A DNA stretch of 64,000 nucleotides from an uncultured virus (IMG/VR IMGVR_UViG_3300036766_001719) (taxonomy: Duplodnaviria; Heunggongvirae; Uroviricota; Caudoviricetes). Below, one piece after another: positions 51,440-63,274 of this stretch. Within the stretch, counting starts at the first letter, position 1. Each line of letters begins with the position of its first letter. The notes below the pieces were generated by a model. That model was not told the origin of the DNA. It was given only the letters and a program-made list of their open reading frames with translations, and ran no database searches. The stretch lies in the IMG/VR virus record IMGVR_UViG_3300036766_001719; one strand, 5' to 3'. A program made the position numbers and the translations under genes.

Positions 51440-51799
51440 TGGAGGTGGACGGTTTCGCTCCGTCGTGTTGCGTAATTTTGAAAGAAACTTCGTTACACGC
51501 TTTTTCAGTTGTTTTCCTAAGCTACTCATCAACTACAAGTACACCTAACAAAACTTGTAGTCAACCACCCTAATTAGTCTCGCTTCATCTTATTAGGAAT
51601 CAGACAAAGCCAGTCCCATAAATGACTCTTCATACAACTAAGAGACAGAGTTGCATGTCGAGGCTACCTTTTCTTAGGCAGCAAGAGCATAATCGCTGTT
51701 GTTAGCAATTAAGTTTTTAGTCTGTTTTTATACCAGCCAACAGACCAACTGGTGCGTGCAGTTCCAACCGCCGTTACGCAGTCGAATCAATTCACCCCC
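51440..51799 (-). ncRNA. ssrA: tmRNA, tag peptide ANNSDYALAA
   Basis: 5' GGGGGTGAATTGATTCGAC, 3' CCGTCCACCTCCA (G3:U pair); tag frame 51706..51674; TTTACA/TATAAT promoter upstream. Confidence 0.93.
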
Positions 51800-51950
51800 A
51801 TTTGTCAAAGATCAACAATATCTATTATACTAATCGTTCAGAATTTGTAAACTACTTTTCTGAGTAACCTTACCTTCACCAAACTTTCATCGAAAGAAGC
51901 GTTGAAAATCGCTTTTTTTCCGGTATAACAGAGGAAACAAGGAGGGCCAC

Positions 51951-52187
51951 ATGACTTTTCAAAGAGCGTTAACTGAACTTGGGAATCGACTTGTGGACGA
52001 TCACAAGTTCCAAAGAAGCAACCTCGTCGGTACAACTCATGAAAATCGCACTACTGAACCAATAATCAAGTTCTTGATCTGGCTAAATGAGACGCCAGAA
52101 GCAAAACTTATTCTGAAAGACCTTGGATTCACTCTAAATCCAGATTTCAAGACCACACTGAACCAATCTCTTCGGGAAATGGTCTAG
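51951..52187 (+). CDS. hypothetical protein
   Basis: AAGGAGG RBS; TTGAAA/TATAAC promoter. Confidence 0.6.
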   Translation: MTFQRALTELGNRLVDDHKFQRSNLVGTTHENRTTEPIIKFLIWLNETPEAKLILKDLGFTLNPDFKTTLNQSLREMV

Positions 52188-53208
52188 CAATCAATCTCCC
52201 CTTTATTTCTCGCAAATAGTCAAGATTCTCAGCAAGTGCTAAAAATCCATGCCCACTCAAATTTACAGTAAAATTGGCTTCCTTTTTAGGATATAAAGAA
52301 GTTATTTCCCCAAATTCCTCTACACTTCCGCATGGTAAGACGCTAATGGTATAAGGAGTATCTTTCACATATACATGGCCATGAATCATATAACGAACAT
52401 CAGGGTAATATTCAAACAACTTTAACTGAATTGGCGTGTCAACAGAAGGCTTATGTCCGCCAAAGTAGCCAACAGCGTTATCTATAGCCATTACTTCGAC
52501 AAAATCACTTTCCTTAAACCCTGTTTTACTAACATTCCTTCTTGATACAAAAATTCGATCCACGTCTCTAACACCAGGAAATCCATGTGCGCATCTTGTT
52601 GCCGCATTGCCTAAAAATCTATTTGGATTCACTGCATTAACGTACTTGGTGAATTCTTCTCCAAATTCTCTAACTGCCGCAATAAAATCCTCATCAATTG
52701 AAAAAGATCGCCAATCCCCAATTTGATTTGAAGCAACTCTCGTAATTGATTGTAAGATTTTAACCCTTTTTGCTAATGCTCCGCAAAAACTTTCAATAGA
52801 AGATGTATCGGCCCACATATTACCTAATGGGTCTAACAACTTAAACCTGTAAAGAGACTCGTCCTTGGCAATCATAATACCAAGATTAGATCGAGTTTTT
52901 AACAACCTGCCTACTATATCCGATTCTTTGTAATCTTTCTCAATTACTCTTTTAGATGAAATCAAAAGTAATTTAGGATTACAGGTCTTAATTGAGGGCA
53001 ATATTTTCTCTTCATCATTTGAAACATTGGGCATCCATATCAATACTTGTGGCGAACGCACTAATAGTTTAAGCAAATCATAATCATTTAAGTCTTTTAA
53101 GGTGCCGCCATTGAGAAGATGATCGGCATTCAGATACTTTGCCATTGCTGCTACAACAGATGACGGCTTTCCACCCTTTTCATCAAATGTACCACCTACA
53201 ATGTGCAT
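52147..53208 (-). CDS. class II aldolase/adducin-domain protein
   Basis: GNAATR, KPSVDTPIQ, MIHGHVY, LPCG, GHG. Confidence 0.75.
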   Translation of the reverse strand: MHIVGGTFDEKGGKPSSVVAAMAKYLNADHLLNGGTLKDLNDYDLLKLLVRSPQVLIWMPNVSNDEEKILPSIKTCNPKLLLISSKRVIEKDYKESDIVGRLLKTRSNLGIMIAKDESLYRFKLLDPLGNMWADTSSIESFCGALAKRVKILQSITRVASNQIGDWRSFSIDEDFIAAVREFGEEFTKYVNAVNPNRFLGNAATRCAHGFPGVRDVDRIFVSRRNVSKTGFKESDFVEVMAIDNAVGYFGGHKPSVDTPIQLKLFEYYPDVRYMIHGHVYVKDTPYTISVLPCGSVEEFGEITSLYPKKEANFTVNLSGHGFLALAENLDYLREIKGRLIARPFPEEIGSVWS

Positions 53209-54087
53209 TTACGTCTCCAAATACAAATCCTTTAACTGAATGTACCCATAAACAGCAGCATCAAGAAACTCTTTAGCCTTGTCGTCTCTAGTCAATAACC
53301 AGTTTCTAATCTGCGTAGAAGAAATCTCAGCAGGTAAATGTTCTGCTCGCAAGAAAATATGAGGCTGCTTGTGAAACCATGTTACTTTAGGATCAACCGG
53401 ATAACCTCTTCTGCCTACTACAACAAAACGAATCAATCTCTCTAGTTCTTCATAATTATACCAACTCTCATAAGTATTAGCATTGTCCTGACTTATAATA
53501 AAAGAAAAATCCATACGACTGTAATCAGGATCGTGCTTCAACTTGTTAATGAAATGGTAAGTCTCCCCAGCCATCTCATACTTAATCTCATAATCAAAAA
53601 CCTTAATACGCAAATCTGTTTTAGCAGCCAAATGACACATAGCTAGCCGATGCTTAGCTGATGTTAAGTTCTTGCCAGCTAAGTGTTTATAGCAAGGCGT
53701 GATCCAAACTTCATCAAATTCATGGGCTACATTAAGTACCAACTTAGCCACATCAACATGACCTAAATGAATTGGATCGAATGCACCGCCAAGTAAAGCA
53801 ACCTTTAACTTCCTACCTAAAGATTTATATTGGTCACTTCTAGACTTAATCTTAGTGATAGTGTCATTTACTAAAGACTCGGCATCCCATCCAGCTTCAT
53901 TACATAATTGCAATAAAGACGAAAGAAGATCGCCAGTTTCTTCTTTAAGATTAGTTAAATCCGTATAACGGATTAACTCCATTGATTCACGTTGTATATC
54001 TTCAAGCCTTCCACGAAAAGGCGTAACTCCAAAATGCTCGAAGAATGTACGATTTACCAGTTTTTGAATATCTTTAATATCAGACAT
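53209..54087 (-). CDS. nadD: MazG-like domain fused to nicotinate/nicotinamide-nucleotide adenylyltransferase
   Basis: N-terminal E..EL...EETGDLL; GGAFDPIHLGH, HRLAM, ISSTQIR. Confidence 0.85.
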   Translation of the reverse strand: MSDIKDIQKLVNRTFFEHFGVTPFRGRLEDIQRESMELIRYTDLTNLKEETGDLLSSLLQLCNEAGWDAESLVNDTITKIKSRSDQYKSLGRKLKVALLGGAFDPIHLGHVDVAKLVLNVAHEFDEVWITPCYKHLAGKNLTSAKHRLAMCHLAAKTDLRIKVFDYEIKYEMAGETYHFINKLKHDPDYSRMDFSFIISQDNANTYESWYNYEELERLIRFVVVGRRGYPVDPKVTWFHKQPHIFLRAEHLPAEISSTQIRNWLLTRDDKAKEFLDAAVYGYIQLKDLYLET

Positions 54088-54778
54088 TAGTAAGCTCGGT
54101 ATAACCAGTGTAATCCGCTACATGAAAACCCTTCGACGCCAGTACCCCAAGGGCACCCCTTGTAGTAAACTTAATCTGATCTTCGGGGTCTACGTGGCAC
54201 AATTTAGCCATTATTTGCACCTTGTCATCTTCCATAAAAGAAGGCATTTCAATAATTTTTCTAAGAGCGGCTGGAATTGTGCCGTTTAATTTAACTCCAT
54301 CTTTCTCATCCAATATTGTTACAGCAGCATCTTTCCATGCAACTATCCCATACTTTTCAACATAAGGAATAGTTATCATTGTAATCTGCTTGTCTTTATT
54401 AATTCGATGACAAACTAAACACTCTGTAATCACTCCTTCATCACATGCACCTTCACTTGCCATCTTTTGCATAGACCCAGGCGGAAACTTACTGAAAAAT
54501 TCCTCTTCTGTTTCCTGTTTAACATTAGATGTAGCCATATGTGCATCGAAAATAGCCGTAAAGCCTTCAGCAATCAAACCCTTGCGACAAATCATGGCAG
54601 CTTGAAATAAAAGCTCTTTATCCATAGCTGGGGCAATAAGAATAGCAACAACTTTGTCTTCTCTCTCTACAAAAAGAGTCGGCGGAACATTGTTGCCTTT
54701 TGACGAATTCAAAAAGCTTTTCTTATGATTCTTGACTAATTCAATCCAACCTTGTACATCGTTCAGGTCTGTAAGCAT
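54080..54778 (-). CDS. hypothetical protein
   Basis: GGAG RBS; 232 aa. Confidence 0.65.
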   Translation of the reverse strand: MLTDLNDVQGWIELVKNHKKSFLNSSKGNNVPPTLFVEREDKVVAILIAPAMDKELLFQAAMICRKGLIAEGFTAIFDAHMATSNVKQETEEEFFSKFPPGSMQKMASEGACDEGVITECLVCHRINKDKQITMITIPYVEKYGIVAWKDAAVTILDEKDGVKLNGTIPAALRKIIEMPSFMEDDKVQIMAKLCHVDPEDQIKFTTRGALGVLASKGFHVADYTGYTELTNV

Positions 54779-54812
54779 AAATGTTCTCCAAAGTTATTAA
54801 AAAGTTAAAGAG

Positions 54813-54883
54813 TGCCGCCTCACGGAATTGAACCGTGCCATTGACTGCTTCAAAGTCATGTGCTACCGTCACACCCAAGCGGC
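54813..54883 (-). tRNA. tRNA-Phe(GAA)
   Basis: GCCGCTT/AGGCGGC; TGACT TTGAAGC AGTCA; CACGG TTCAATT CCGTG. Confidence 0.85.
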
Positions 54884-54913
54884 TCAAAAATAAAATATTT
54901 ACTATACTAACAT

Positions 54914-55567
54914 ATGAACACATTTAAACTCACATGCCTATACTGCAAAACAGAATTTGACAGGCCCATCAATTATAAAAAGAGAACCAACAACTTTTGC
55001 AAATTAAAATGCTTCCACGCATTTATGTCTAAATCTACAGAAACAGATTGTGCTTGGTGTGGAAAAAAATTTTTCAAACAAGCCTCCCAAATTAAAATGA
55101 CCAAAAATAACTTTTGCGGGAAATCCTGTGCCGCATCCTATAATAACACCCAAAAACGAAAGTCTCGTCGTTCCAAATGCGAAAAACTACTATTTGAACT
55201 TCTAATGAAAGAATTCGCCGATCTAATTATCTTACCAAACAACAAAACTTTGTTAAATGGCTATGAAGTGGATATAGCGATTCCATCATTAAATCTAGCA
55301 ATAGAGTGGAACGGTATAGTACACTTTAAACCCATCTATGGCGAAGAAAAACTACAAAAAATAATCACAAGAGATCAAGAAAAGTTAATTATTGCTAAAG
55401 AAAAAAACATAAATCTCATAGTAATCCCTGATTTAATTTCTAAAAAACCATATGTAGAAGAAATCTTCTTAAAAATAAGAACAATTATAAACAATCTAAA
55501 AGCGGCAGGTGGAGTCGAACCACCTAGCACTAGCTTTGCAGGCCAGCCCCACGCCATGCGGGATTAG
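54914..55567 (+). CDS. zinc-finger + PD-(D/E)XK endonuclease
   Basis: CLYC..FC..C repeats; EVDI...AIEWNG..HF...RDQEK. Confidence 0.75.
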   Translation: MNTFKLTCLYCKTEFDRPINYKKRTNNFCKLKCFHAFMSKSTETDCAWCGKKFFKQASQIKMTKNNFCGKSCAASYNNTQKRKSRRSKCEKLLFELLMKEFADLIILPNNKTLLNGYEVDIAIPSLNLAIEWNGIVHFKPIYGEEKLQKIITRDQEKLIIAKEKNINLIVIPDLISKKPYVEEIFLKIRTIINNLKAAGGVEPPSTSFAGQPHAMRD

Positions 55568-55578
55568 CTTCTGCCGCC
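55500..55578 (-). tRNA. tRNA-Cys(GCA) with enlarged D region
   Basis: GGCGGCA/TGCCGCT, U73; CTGGC CTGCAAA GCTAG; GGTGG TTCGACT CCACC. Confidence 0.75.
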
Positions 55579-55580
55579 TT

Positions 55581-56183
55581 TTACTTCGGTGCCACTTTTC
55601 TAAACTCAGTAGCCAATTCATTATAAATTGGTTGATACTTTTGTTTAAAGAACGGCCAATCATAATGAGGTTCGCCTATAATGTCGAACCAAAAATGATT
55701 AGCTGCACTAAAATCTATTTTCTCCGTAGTGGCTATCTGTAAACCGAAATTCAGTATTCTCAACGAATGGAAAAGAGACTTCCATCCAACAAGAAAATCA
55801 CGTTCTACTTCAATCTTTTTCTTCGCTTTAACAAAAGAATGAGATGCCTTCTGTGATAATTCATTCCTCAATTTGCCTAAGTTAAGCGAAAAGTTAAACC
55901 TTCTTCTGCATTCTCCATCAGGATTATAGAATGCTTCCATCGAATGAATCTTATGATTGTCAAGCTGCTGTTGCCAATCACTTTTACTATAAACGGTAAT
56001 ATTTATATCATGATGACGAACTTCTGTTCCAGTCTTGATACTACAGTTATCAGAAACAACAGTATTATAATCATAATCTGACTTATCACTATGCGTTCCA
56101 TAAACTCTGGAACCATATGGAAACATTACAAAATCTTTATCGTTTAACCCATATGTTGATTTGAAGTATTCTTTACCTTTCAT
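55581..56183 (-). CDS. Pol-beta superfamily nucleotidyltransferase
   Basis: YGSRVYGT...SDYDY; KSLFHSLR helical domain. Confidence 0.8.
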   Translation of the reverse strand: MKGKEYFKSTYGLNDKDFVMFPYGSRVYGTHSDKSDYDYNTVVSDNCSIKTGTEVRHHDINITVYSKSDWQQQLDNHKIHSMEAFYNPDGECRRRFNFSLNLGKLRNELSQKASHSFVKAKKKIEVERDFLVGWKSLFHSLRILNFGLQIATTEKIDFSAANHFWFDIIGEPHYDWPFFKQKYQPIYNELATEFRKVAPK

Positions 56184-56215
56184 AAATCTGTCCTACAATG
56201 ACCCAGAAAGTCATA

Positions 56216-56286
56216 TGGAGATAAAGAGAATCGAACTCTTTGACGCCAATGTTGCAAGCATCAGCCGTGCCCCAGCAACTACCCCC
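56216..56286 (-). tRNA. tRNA-Ala(TGC)
   Basis: GGGGGTA/TATCTCC with G3:U70, A73; loop CTTGCAA; weak D arm. Confidence 0.75.
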
Positions 56287-56292
56287 TAATTT

Positions 56293-56970
56293 TCACCATA
56301 ATCTCGCATCTTCAATATTTCCATATTGCTTGATTGCCCCAAAAATACGTTGAACCAACGCAGTGTTATGTACAACAATTGTGCAAATGCCATAAGGGTA
56401 TTTTACTTTTTTGGCTTTTGGTATTCTTGTTTCGACACTCCCTTTTCTTAAATGAGTTACATTCAACCCCAATAATTGCAACCAATGCAATTCTACCTCC
56501 GATAATGTATAAGGAGATAATATGTGCGAGCGACAATAAACTGTAATTTCCTCATCTAATACGTCAAGTGATTCATTAAGAAATCTTTTAAATAGTAATA
56601 TCATTGCAGAGTCAGTATTAGTAAATTTAATACTATTTTTGTTTTTTGCGCCCTCCGCCCAATACAGTATACACCCCGCAAGGTGCAAGTTAAATATATT
56701 GCATTCTTGCTTGCCTTTTTCTTGATATAAAGCTCTATTCTCTGCTGCCTTGACTCGATTAAATTCAGATACTACACGTTTGCCAGTAAATTTTGAACTT
56801 GCTGGATTTTGTGATTCAAGTTTCTGTTTTTGCTCTCTTGTCAGTTTTATATCCTTGACCCACTTACTTACACTACTTTGAGAAACCCCTAGCCTAGAAG
56901 TTATTTGCCTAACTGAAAGCCCTTCTACTTTGCGAAAATATCTCGCTTCCTCTTGTTGTCGCTTTTTCAT
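56293..56970 (-). CDS. HTH + LAGLIDADG-like endonuclease
   Basis: GLSVRQI...VSQSSVSKW; LYWAEG...FTNTD. Confidence 0.65.
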   Translation of the reverse strand: MKKRQQEEARYFRKVEGLSVRQITSRLGVSQSSVSKWVKDIKLTREQKQKLESQNPASSKFTGKRVVSEFNRVKAAENRALYQEKGKQECNIFNLHLAGCILYWAEGAKNKNSIKFTNTDSAMILLFKRFLNESLDVLDEEITVYCRSHILSPYTLSEVELHWLQLLGLNVTHLRKGSVETRIPKAKKVKYPYGICTIVVHNTALVQRIFGAIKQYGNIEDARLW

Positions 56971-57026
56971 AAATTAGAACCCTCTCTTTGCCATATTTAT
57001 ATATGGTGAGAGTTCTAATTTTTATG

Positions 57027-57101
57027 CGCCCTAGATCGGATTTGAACCGACGATCTTTTGGTTGACAACCAAACGGGGACTCCTAGCTCCCCTACTAGAG
57101 C
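57027..57101 (-). tRNA. tRNA-Asp(GTC)
   Basis: GCTCTAG/CTAGGGC, G73; TTTGG TTGTCAA CCAAA. Confidence 0.9.
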
Positions 57102-57110
57102 AACTCAATT

Positions 57111-57557
57111 TTATTGAGCAGAACCCGCTTCTGACGAAACTGCTTTTCTTTCCTCAAACCAATCATTATAATTTAAAATAGCGTTACTGTCTTTAGAAAG
57201 TTTTTCTTTTGCCCAAGTTTCTAACGTTACTTTCCAGTATTGATAAAATTCAATTGCTTCTTGTGCCGATTCATACCTACATCGTTCATAAAAATCACCA
57301 GGCCGACCACTAGGCATTCCCTGATATTCCCATTCTCCTAACTTATTAAGGCAGCAATTCCCACCATCTCTGAAAATCCCCCACTTATCTGCTCCTTCAC
57401 CATCAGGATTACCCATATTTCTTACATAAATTGAATAACGGCGAAGGTCTTTAGGATACTTTTCCCACCAAAAGGCACGTCCATTTACAATAGGCTCTGG
57501 TCCCATTGTAAACTCCGATGCCATTTTGAGAAGTTCTTCGTTATTCATGTTTTCCAA
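57111..57557 (-). CDS. conserved phage hypothetical protein
   Basis: CLNKLGEWEY..MPS.R...F...CRY. Confidence 0.65.
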   Translation of the reverse strand: MENMNNEELLKMASEFTMGPEPIVNGRAFWWEKYPKDLRRYSIYVRNMGNPDGEGADKWGIFRDGGNCCLNKLGEWEYQGMPSGRPGDFYERCRYESAQEAIEFYQYWKVTLETWAKEKLSKDSNAILNYNDWFEERKAVSSEAGSAQ

Positions 57558-57558
57558 G

Positions 57559-57630
57559 GGTGAATAATGGTATTCGAAACCACTCTTCTTGCTCCACAGG
57601 CAAGCGTGCTACCATTACACCATATCCACC
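57559..57630 (-). tRNA. tRNA-His(GTG)
   Basis: G-1:C73; GTGGATA/TATTCAC; CTTGC CTGTGGA GCAAG. Confidence 0.9.
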
Positions 57631-57653
57631 ATAAGTAAATTTCCTTGGTACAA

Positions 57654-58061
57654 TTATTCCACTTTTTTCATTTCAGCTAAAGGTTTATCGCCACAAGACA
57701 TAGGTTCATCATAATTTATAAACATCCTATGCTTAAAATCATTAGGAATGCCGTCTCTATCAGCACGATCATGACTCACTCTATGCCTAATAACTTGATG
57801 TAAATCCCAAGCAACTCTGGCTGTATCTGGGAGTTTTTTACTATGAATGGCATAAAAACCATTAGGAACACCTGTTACTAACGGCACAAGTTCCCTTAGT
57901 TTATCTCCCAATTCAGAATATTTAATGCCATCCATTGTAACGAAGCAATCGGCAATGGAATTGAGTTGTCCCATGTAGATACGGGACAAAAGTTCACACG
58001 CTTGACTCAAAACATTGGCCTGTTCTTCATCAAGCGTGAGCGTGTACTTTTGCGTAGACAT
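57654..58061 (-). CDS. conserved phage hypothetical protein
   Basis: ACELLSRIYMGQ...AWDLHQVIRH; TTTACA/TATAAT promoter just upstream. Confidence 0.65.
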   Translation of the reverse strand: MSTQKYTLTLDEEQANVLSQACELLSRIYMGQLNSIADCFVTMDGIKYSELGDKLRELVPLVTGVPNGFYAIHSKKLPDTARVAWDLHQVIRHRVSHDRADRDGIPNDFKHRMFINYDEPMSCGDKPLAEMKKVE

Positions 58062-58095
58062 GATAGGATTATACCATCAAATCTCTCTTTGTAAA

Positions 58096-58740
58096 CTAGA
58101 TTCTCCTCACTGCCAAATCCTTTAAAGTAATACTCCAACTTGCCTTCCTTGGCGATTTATTCAAACAAAAATCCAAAATTTCTTCGGAAGCTACAGCAAC
58201 CGAAAGCATGATGATGTTTCTGGCCAAGGGATAATCACAAACATCACCTTCAACATCCTTTGGAACTTTGTAATTTTCATCCCAAATCACTTCTCCATAA
58301 TCTTCATAAAGACCAACATGGAGACAAGGAAGCTTTCTTGCTCTGATTTCATCCTGAATTAACTTCCTAGATGCTGAATTATCGAAGGCATCAATAACCA
58401 ATCCAGAACCCTTCAACAAAGACTTAACATTACTTCCAGTCAATTCTTTGTTACAATCATCAACTTCGACGCCAACATCACGGAAAACCTTATTTTTGAG
58501 TGCTGCAACCTTTAATGCTCCAACATCCTTTTCACCATAAACTTGTGTGTTTAGATTCTGAATTTCTACACGATCCTTATCAATAACTCTCAACTTACTG
58601 AACCCTTGGCGAACAAGATTATCAGTAAGATTACTACCTAAAGCACCAACACCACAAATAGTAATATTAAAAGTCCCCAACTTGGCAATTAAGTCCTTGC
58701 CACGGTAGATTTCCTCATGATGGAACTTTGAATTAGCCAT
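58096..58740 (-). CDS. ThiF/E1-like adenylyltransferase
   Basis: ICGVGALGS, IDKDRVEIQNLNTQ, K, VIDAFDN, DVCDYP; start MANSK behind AAGGA. Confidence 0.9.
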   Translation of the reverse strand: MANSKFHHEEIYRGKDLIAKLGTFNITICGVGALGSNLTDNLVRQGFSKLRVIDKDRVEIQNLNTQVYGEKDVGALKVAALKNKVFRDVGVEVDDCNKELTGSNVKSLLKGSGLVIDAFDNSASRKLIQDEIRARKLPCLHVGLYEDYGEVIWDENYKVPKDVEGDVCDYPLARNIIMLSVAVASEEILDFCLNKSPRKASWSITLKDLAVRRI

Positions 58741-58741
58741 A

Positions 58742-59305
58742 TTACTTTCCTTTATTCTTATAAATGGCTTCACACCACTCTACCAATTCTTTTTCTGTTA
58801 ATGTTCTTTTCATCCAATTAACGACTTTGTGAACCCATTGAACATTGTCAAAAACATATCCTTTAGAGTTGTCTATTCTATCTAAAGATGCAGTTTGTCT
58901 CTTAGGATTCTTAATATACCTTCGCTCAAACCTTAGCGGCACTCCAGAAATTGCACATTTCCCATCTTGTTTAAGAAACAAATCCCAAACTTCTTCAATA
59001 GAAACATCTAATGTTTTATTTCTTTTCAAAGCACCATGCTTAAAATGACTCCAATAAGCACCACTTATCTCTCCGCATCCACGCCAATTATCTGCTGGCC
59101 CTCTGCACTTACCACAACTTTTAGTATTTTTACTAGTTAACGATCTTCCTATTATATCTTTTATATTGCCACATTCACATTGACACGTCCATAATGATAA
59201 ACCGCCTTTCTTATCTGATTCCGCAAGCACTTTTAATTTTCCAAACTCTCTCCCTACAAGTTCTAACTTATTCCGAGCCTTTTTCATATAACTCCTTGAG
59301 TACAT
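58742..59305 (-). CDS. HNH-type homing endonuclease
   Basis: FGKLKV...WTCQCECG...KSCG; ASLDRIDNSKGY..DNVQWVHK..N.MK. Confidence 0.85.
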   Translation of the reverse strand: MYSRSYMKKARNKLELVGREFGKLKVLAESDKKGGLSLWTCQCECGNIKDIIGRSLTSKNTKSCGKCRGPADNWRGCGEISGAYWSHFKHGALKRNKTLDVSIEEVWDLFLKQDGKCAISGVPLRFERRYIKNPKRQTASLDRIDNSKGYVFDNVQWVHKVVNWMKRTLTEKELVEWCEAIYKNKGK

Positions 59306-59347
59306 AATCGCTTTATCTTAAATAAAGTAGTTATGTACTCAAGAAAA

Positions 59348-59735
59348 TTAATCTTCAATTTCAGTAGTGCCTACCAATAAATTACCAAATCTTTTAATCT
59401 CACATTCCACTGGTTCTTCAACATCGTCATCATACCAATACGCACGCAACCCATCTGTTCCATGAATCGCACAAATAAGACTTTTCCCTAAACAACTCAC
59501 CCATGCGGTCATGGTTTTAAAATCACGGTCACTTGGCGAGGCAGTCCAATGCGGATGCGTATGTAAAAATCCTATAACATTATGGTGAGCGTCTTCTTGA
59601 TTAAGAACATAGTAAGGATCAAAGTCAACACTTGCTATCTTCCCTGAAGTCATCTTACGGCGCTTCGCCCACCACAACTTGCCTTTCTGTCCCCCCTACC
59701 AAAATCCAACAATGCTCAACTTGACAGTCTATCTT
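59348..59735 (-). CDS. JAB/MPN metallo-isopeptidase, frameshifted in a G6 run
   Basis: IGFLHTHP....PS..D; N-terminal EHCWILVG lies in another frame joined at 59691..59696. Confidence 0.8.
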
Positions 59736-59742
59736 CAATTCA

Positions 59743-60627
59743 TTAGTCGTAGTCATCTTCGTATTCTCCACCATAATTGTCACCTACACGCACGATCCTA
59801 TGCCTGTTTCGCCCCTCCTTGATAACACCTACTAAACTTTGCAAATCAAAGGCTTTATCTCCGCCAGAGAGACAAATGCCAGCAGATTCTACACTCAAAT
59901 CATCCTTTTTTACAACAGAACGATGACGTTCACCTTCTACAGTATACTCAATTGTATAAGTATTACCACGTTCAATATAGCTGGAATATCTTGCTCCTGC
60001 CCTACGCAAAGCCGACTTGATTCTTTCTTCATTCTTATCCTTCTTGGCTTCAATATCAGCTTCTAAAGCAGGCCCATATGCCATTAAATAGGCATCTTGT
60101 TCTTCTACTGACATACCAGAACATACCAACTTACCAGGATCAACAAGCTTATTCAGACATTCACGCAAATAAATTGGAATCTTTGGATCGGCCCCAGCAC
60201 AAGTTTCTTGAAACCAACAATTTGCACCATCAAATCTAGCTTGTACCACTTCGAAAAGCTGAACTTCTTCTGGCAAAAAGACTGGAACAAGACCAGTTAC
60301 CTTAAATCTAGTATCTGACCTAGATGCAGGCAACCCCAGCCATTGATTGTTGTTATTTCTGCACAAAATCAATCTAATTGCAGGAAATAAATTAAAATAT
60401 TGAGTTTTCTCAGACATATTAGGGGCACGAACAAACTTAGCTTCCTTATAAGAAGCAGGAGAAAATACACCCCATCCTTGAAAATCCTTTGGCTTAGAAA
60501 CACTTAAATTAACAATAATTCCAGAAATACGAACTCTAATCGGCTTCCCTCTAAGAACAGGAGATAAGAATTGAGAGTTAAAAAAAGCGTTCTCTTCAGC
60601 AGCCAGTTTGTCAAATAAGTTACTCAT
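59743..60627 (-). CDS. hypothetical protein with E2/UBC-like C-terminal domain
   Basis: Start MSNLF behind AGGA; C-terminal SAGICLSG...FDLQSLVGVI resembles the E2 GxICL motif. Confidence 0.55.
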   Translation of the reverse strand: MSNLFDKLAAEENAFFNSQFLSPVLRGKPIRVRISGIIVNLSVSKPKDFQGWGVFSPASYKEAKFVRAPNMSEKTQYFNLFPAIRLILCRNNNNQWLGLPASRSDTRFKVTGLVPVFLPEEVQLFEVVQARFDGANCWFQETCAGADPKIPIYLRECLNKLVDPGKLVCSGMSVEEQDAYLMAYGPALEADIEAKKDKNEERIKSALRRAGARYSSYIERGNTYTIEYTVEGERHRSVVKKDDLSVESAGICLSGGDKAFDLQSLVGVIKEGRNRHRIVRVGDNYGGEYEDDYD

Positions 60628-60656
60628 AAAAATTTCCTGGTAGACTATAATATAGT

Positions 60657-63000
<2,344 letters not shown>

Positions 63001-63051
63001 CTACTCTAGCCTAACACAACATTAAATTAATTACTATCCCTAAATCAAAAA

Positions 63052-63122
63052 ATCCGTCTTAGTTTGGAAAGCTTTTTACCATTTGCAACAATGTTTGTAA
63101 GCTTTCCGTATCGGAGACGGAT
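63052..63122 (-). ncRNA. structured RNA copy B (Y-RNA-like candidate)
   Basis: ATCCGTCT/AGACGGAT and GGAAAGCT/AGCTTTCC stems; shares AAAGCTTACAAACA with copy A. Confidence 0.7.
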
Positions 63123-63154
63123 GTATCGGTGTTGCCATTTAAGGCAACTCTATA

Positions 63155-63274
63155 TGGCGGGCGAGGCAAGATTTTACTTGCATACTTCAGTTTTACGGAC
63201 TGATGCTTGTATGTTTCTAAAGTAGGGAACACTTGCATGTTCTAGTCTTAAAAACTGGTTTCAGCTACTCGCCC
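63155..63274 (-). ncRNA. tRNA-like RNA with ~50-nt hairpin insertion in the D-loop
   Basis: GGGCGAG/CTCGCCC-GCCA; TCAGT CCGTAAA ACTGA; GCAAG TAAAAT CTTGC. Confidence 0.75.

Noticed and set aside
54741..54923. 60-aa ORF (also 55375..55557 and 55509..55742)
   Set aside because: Overlap tRNA genes; no coding evidence
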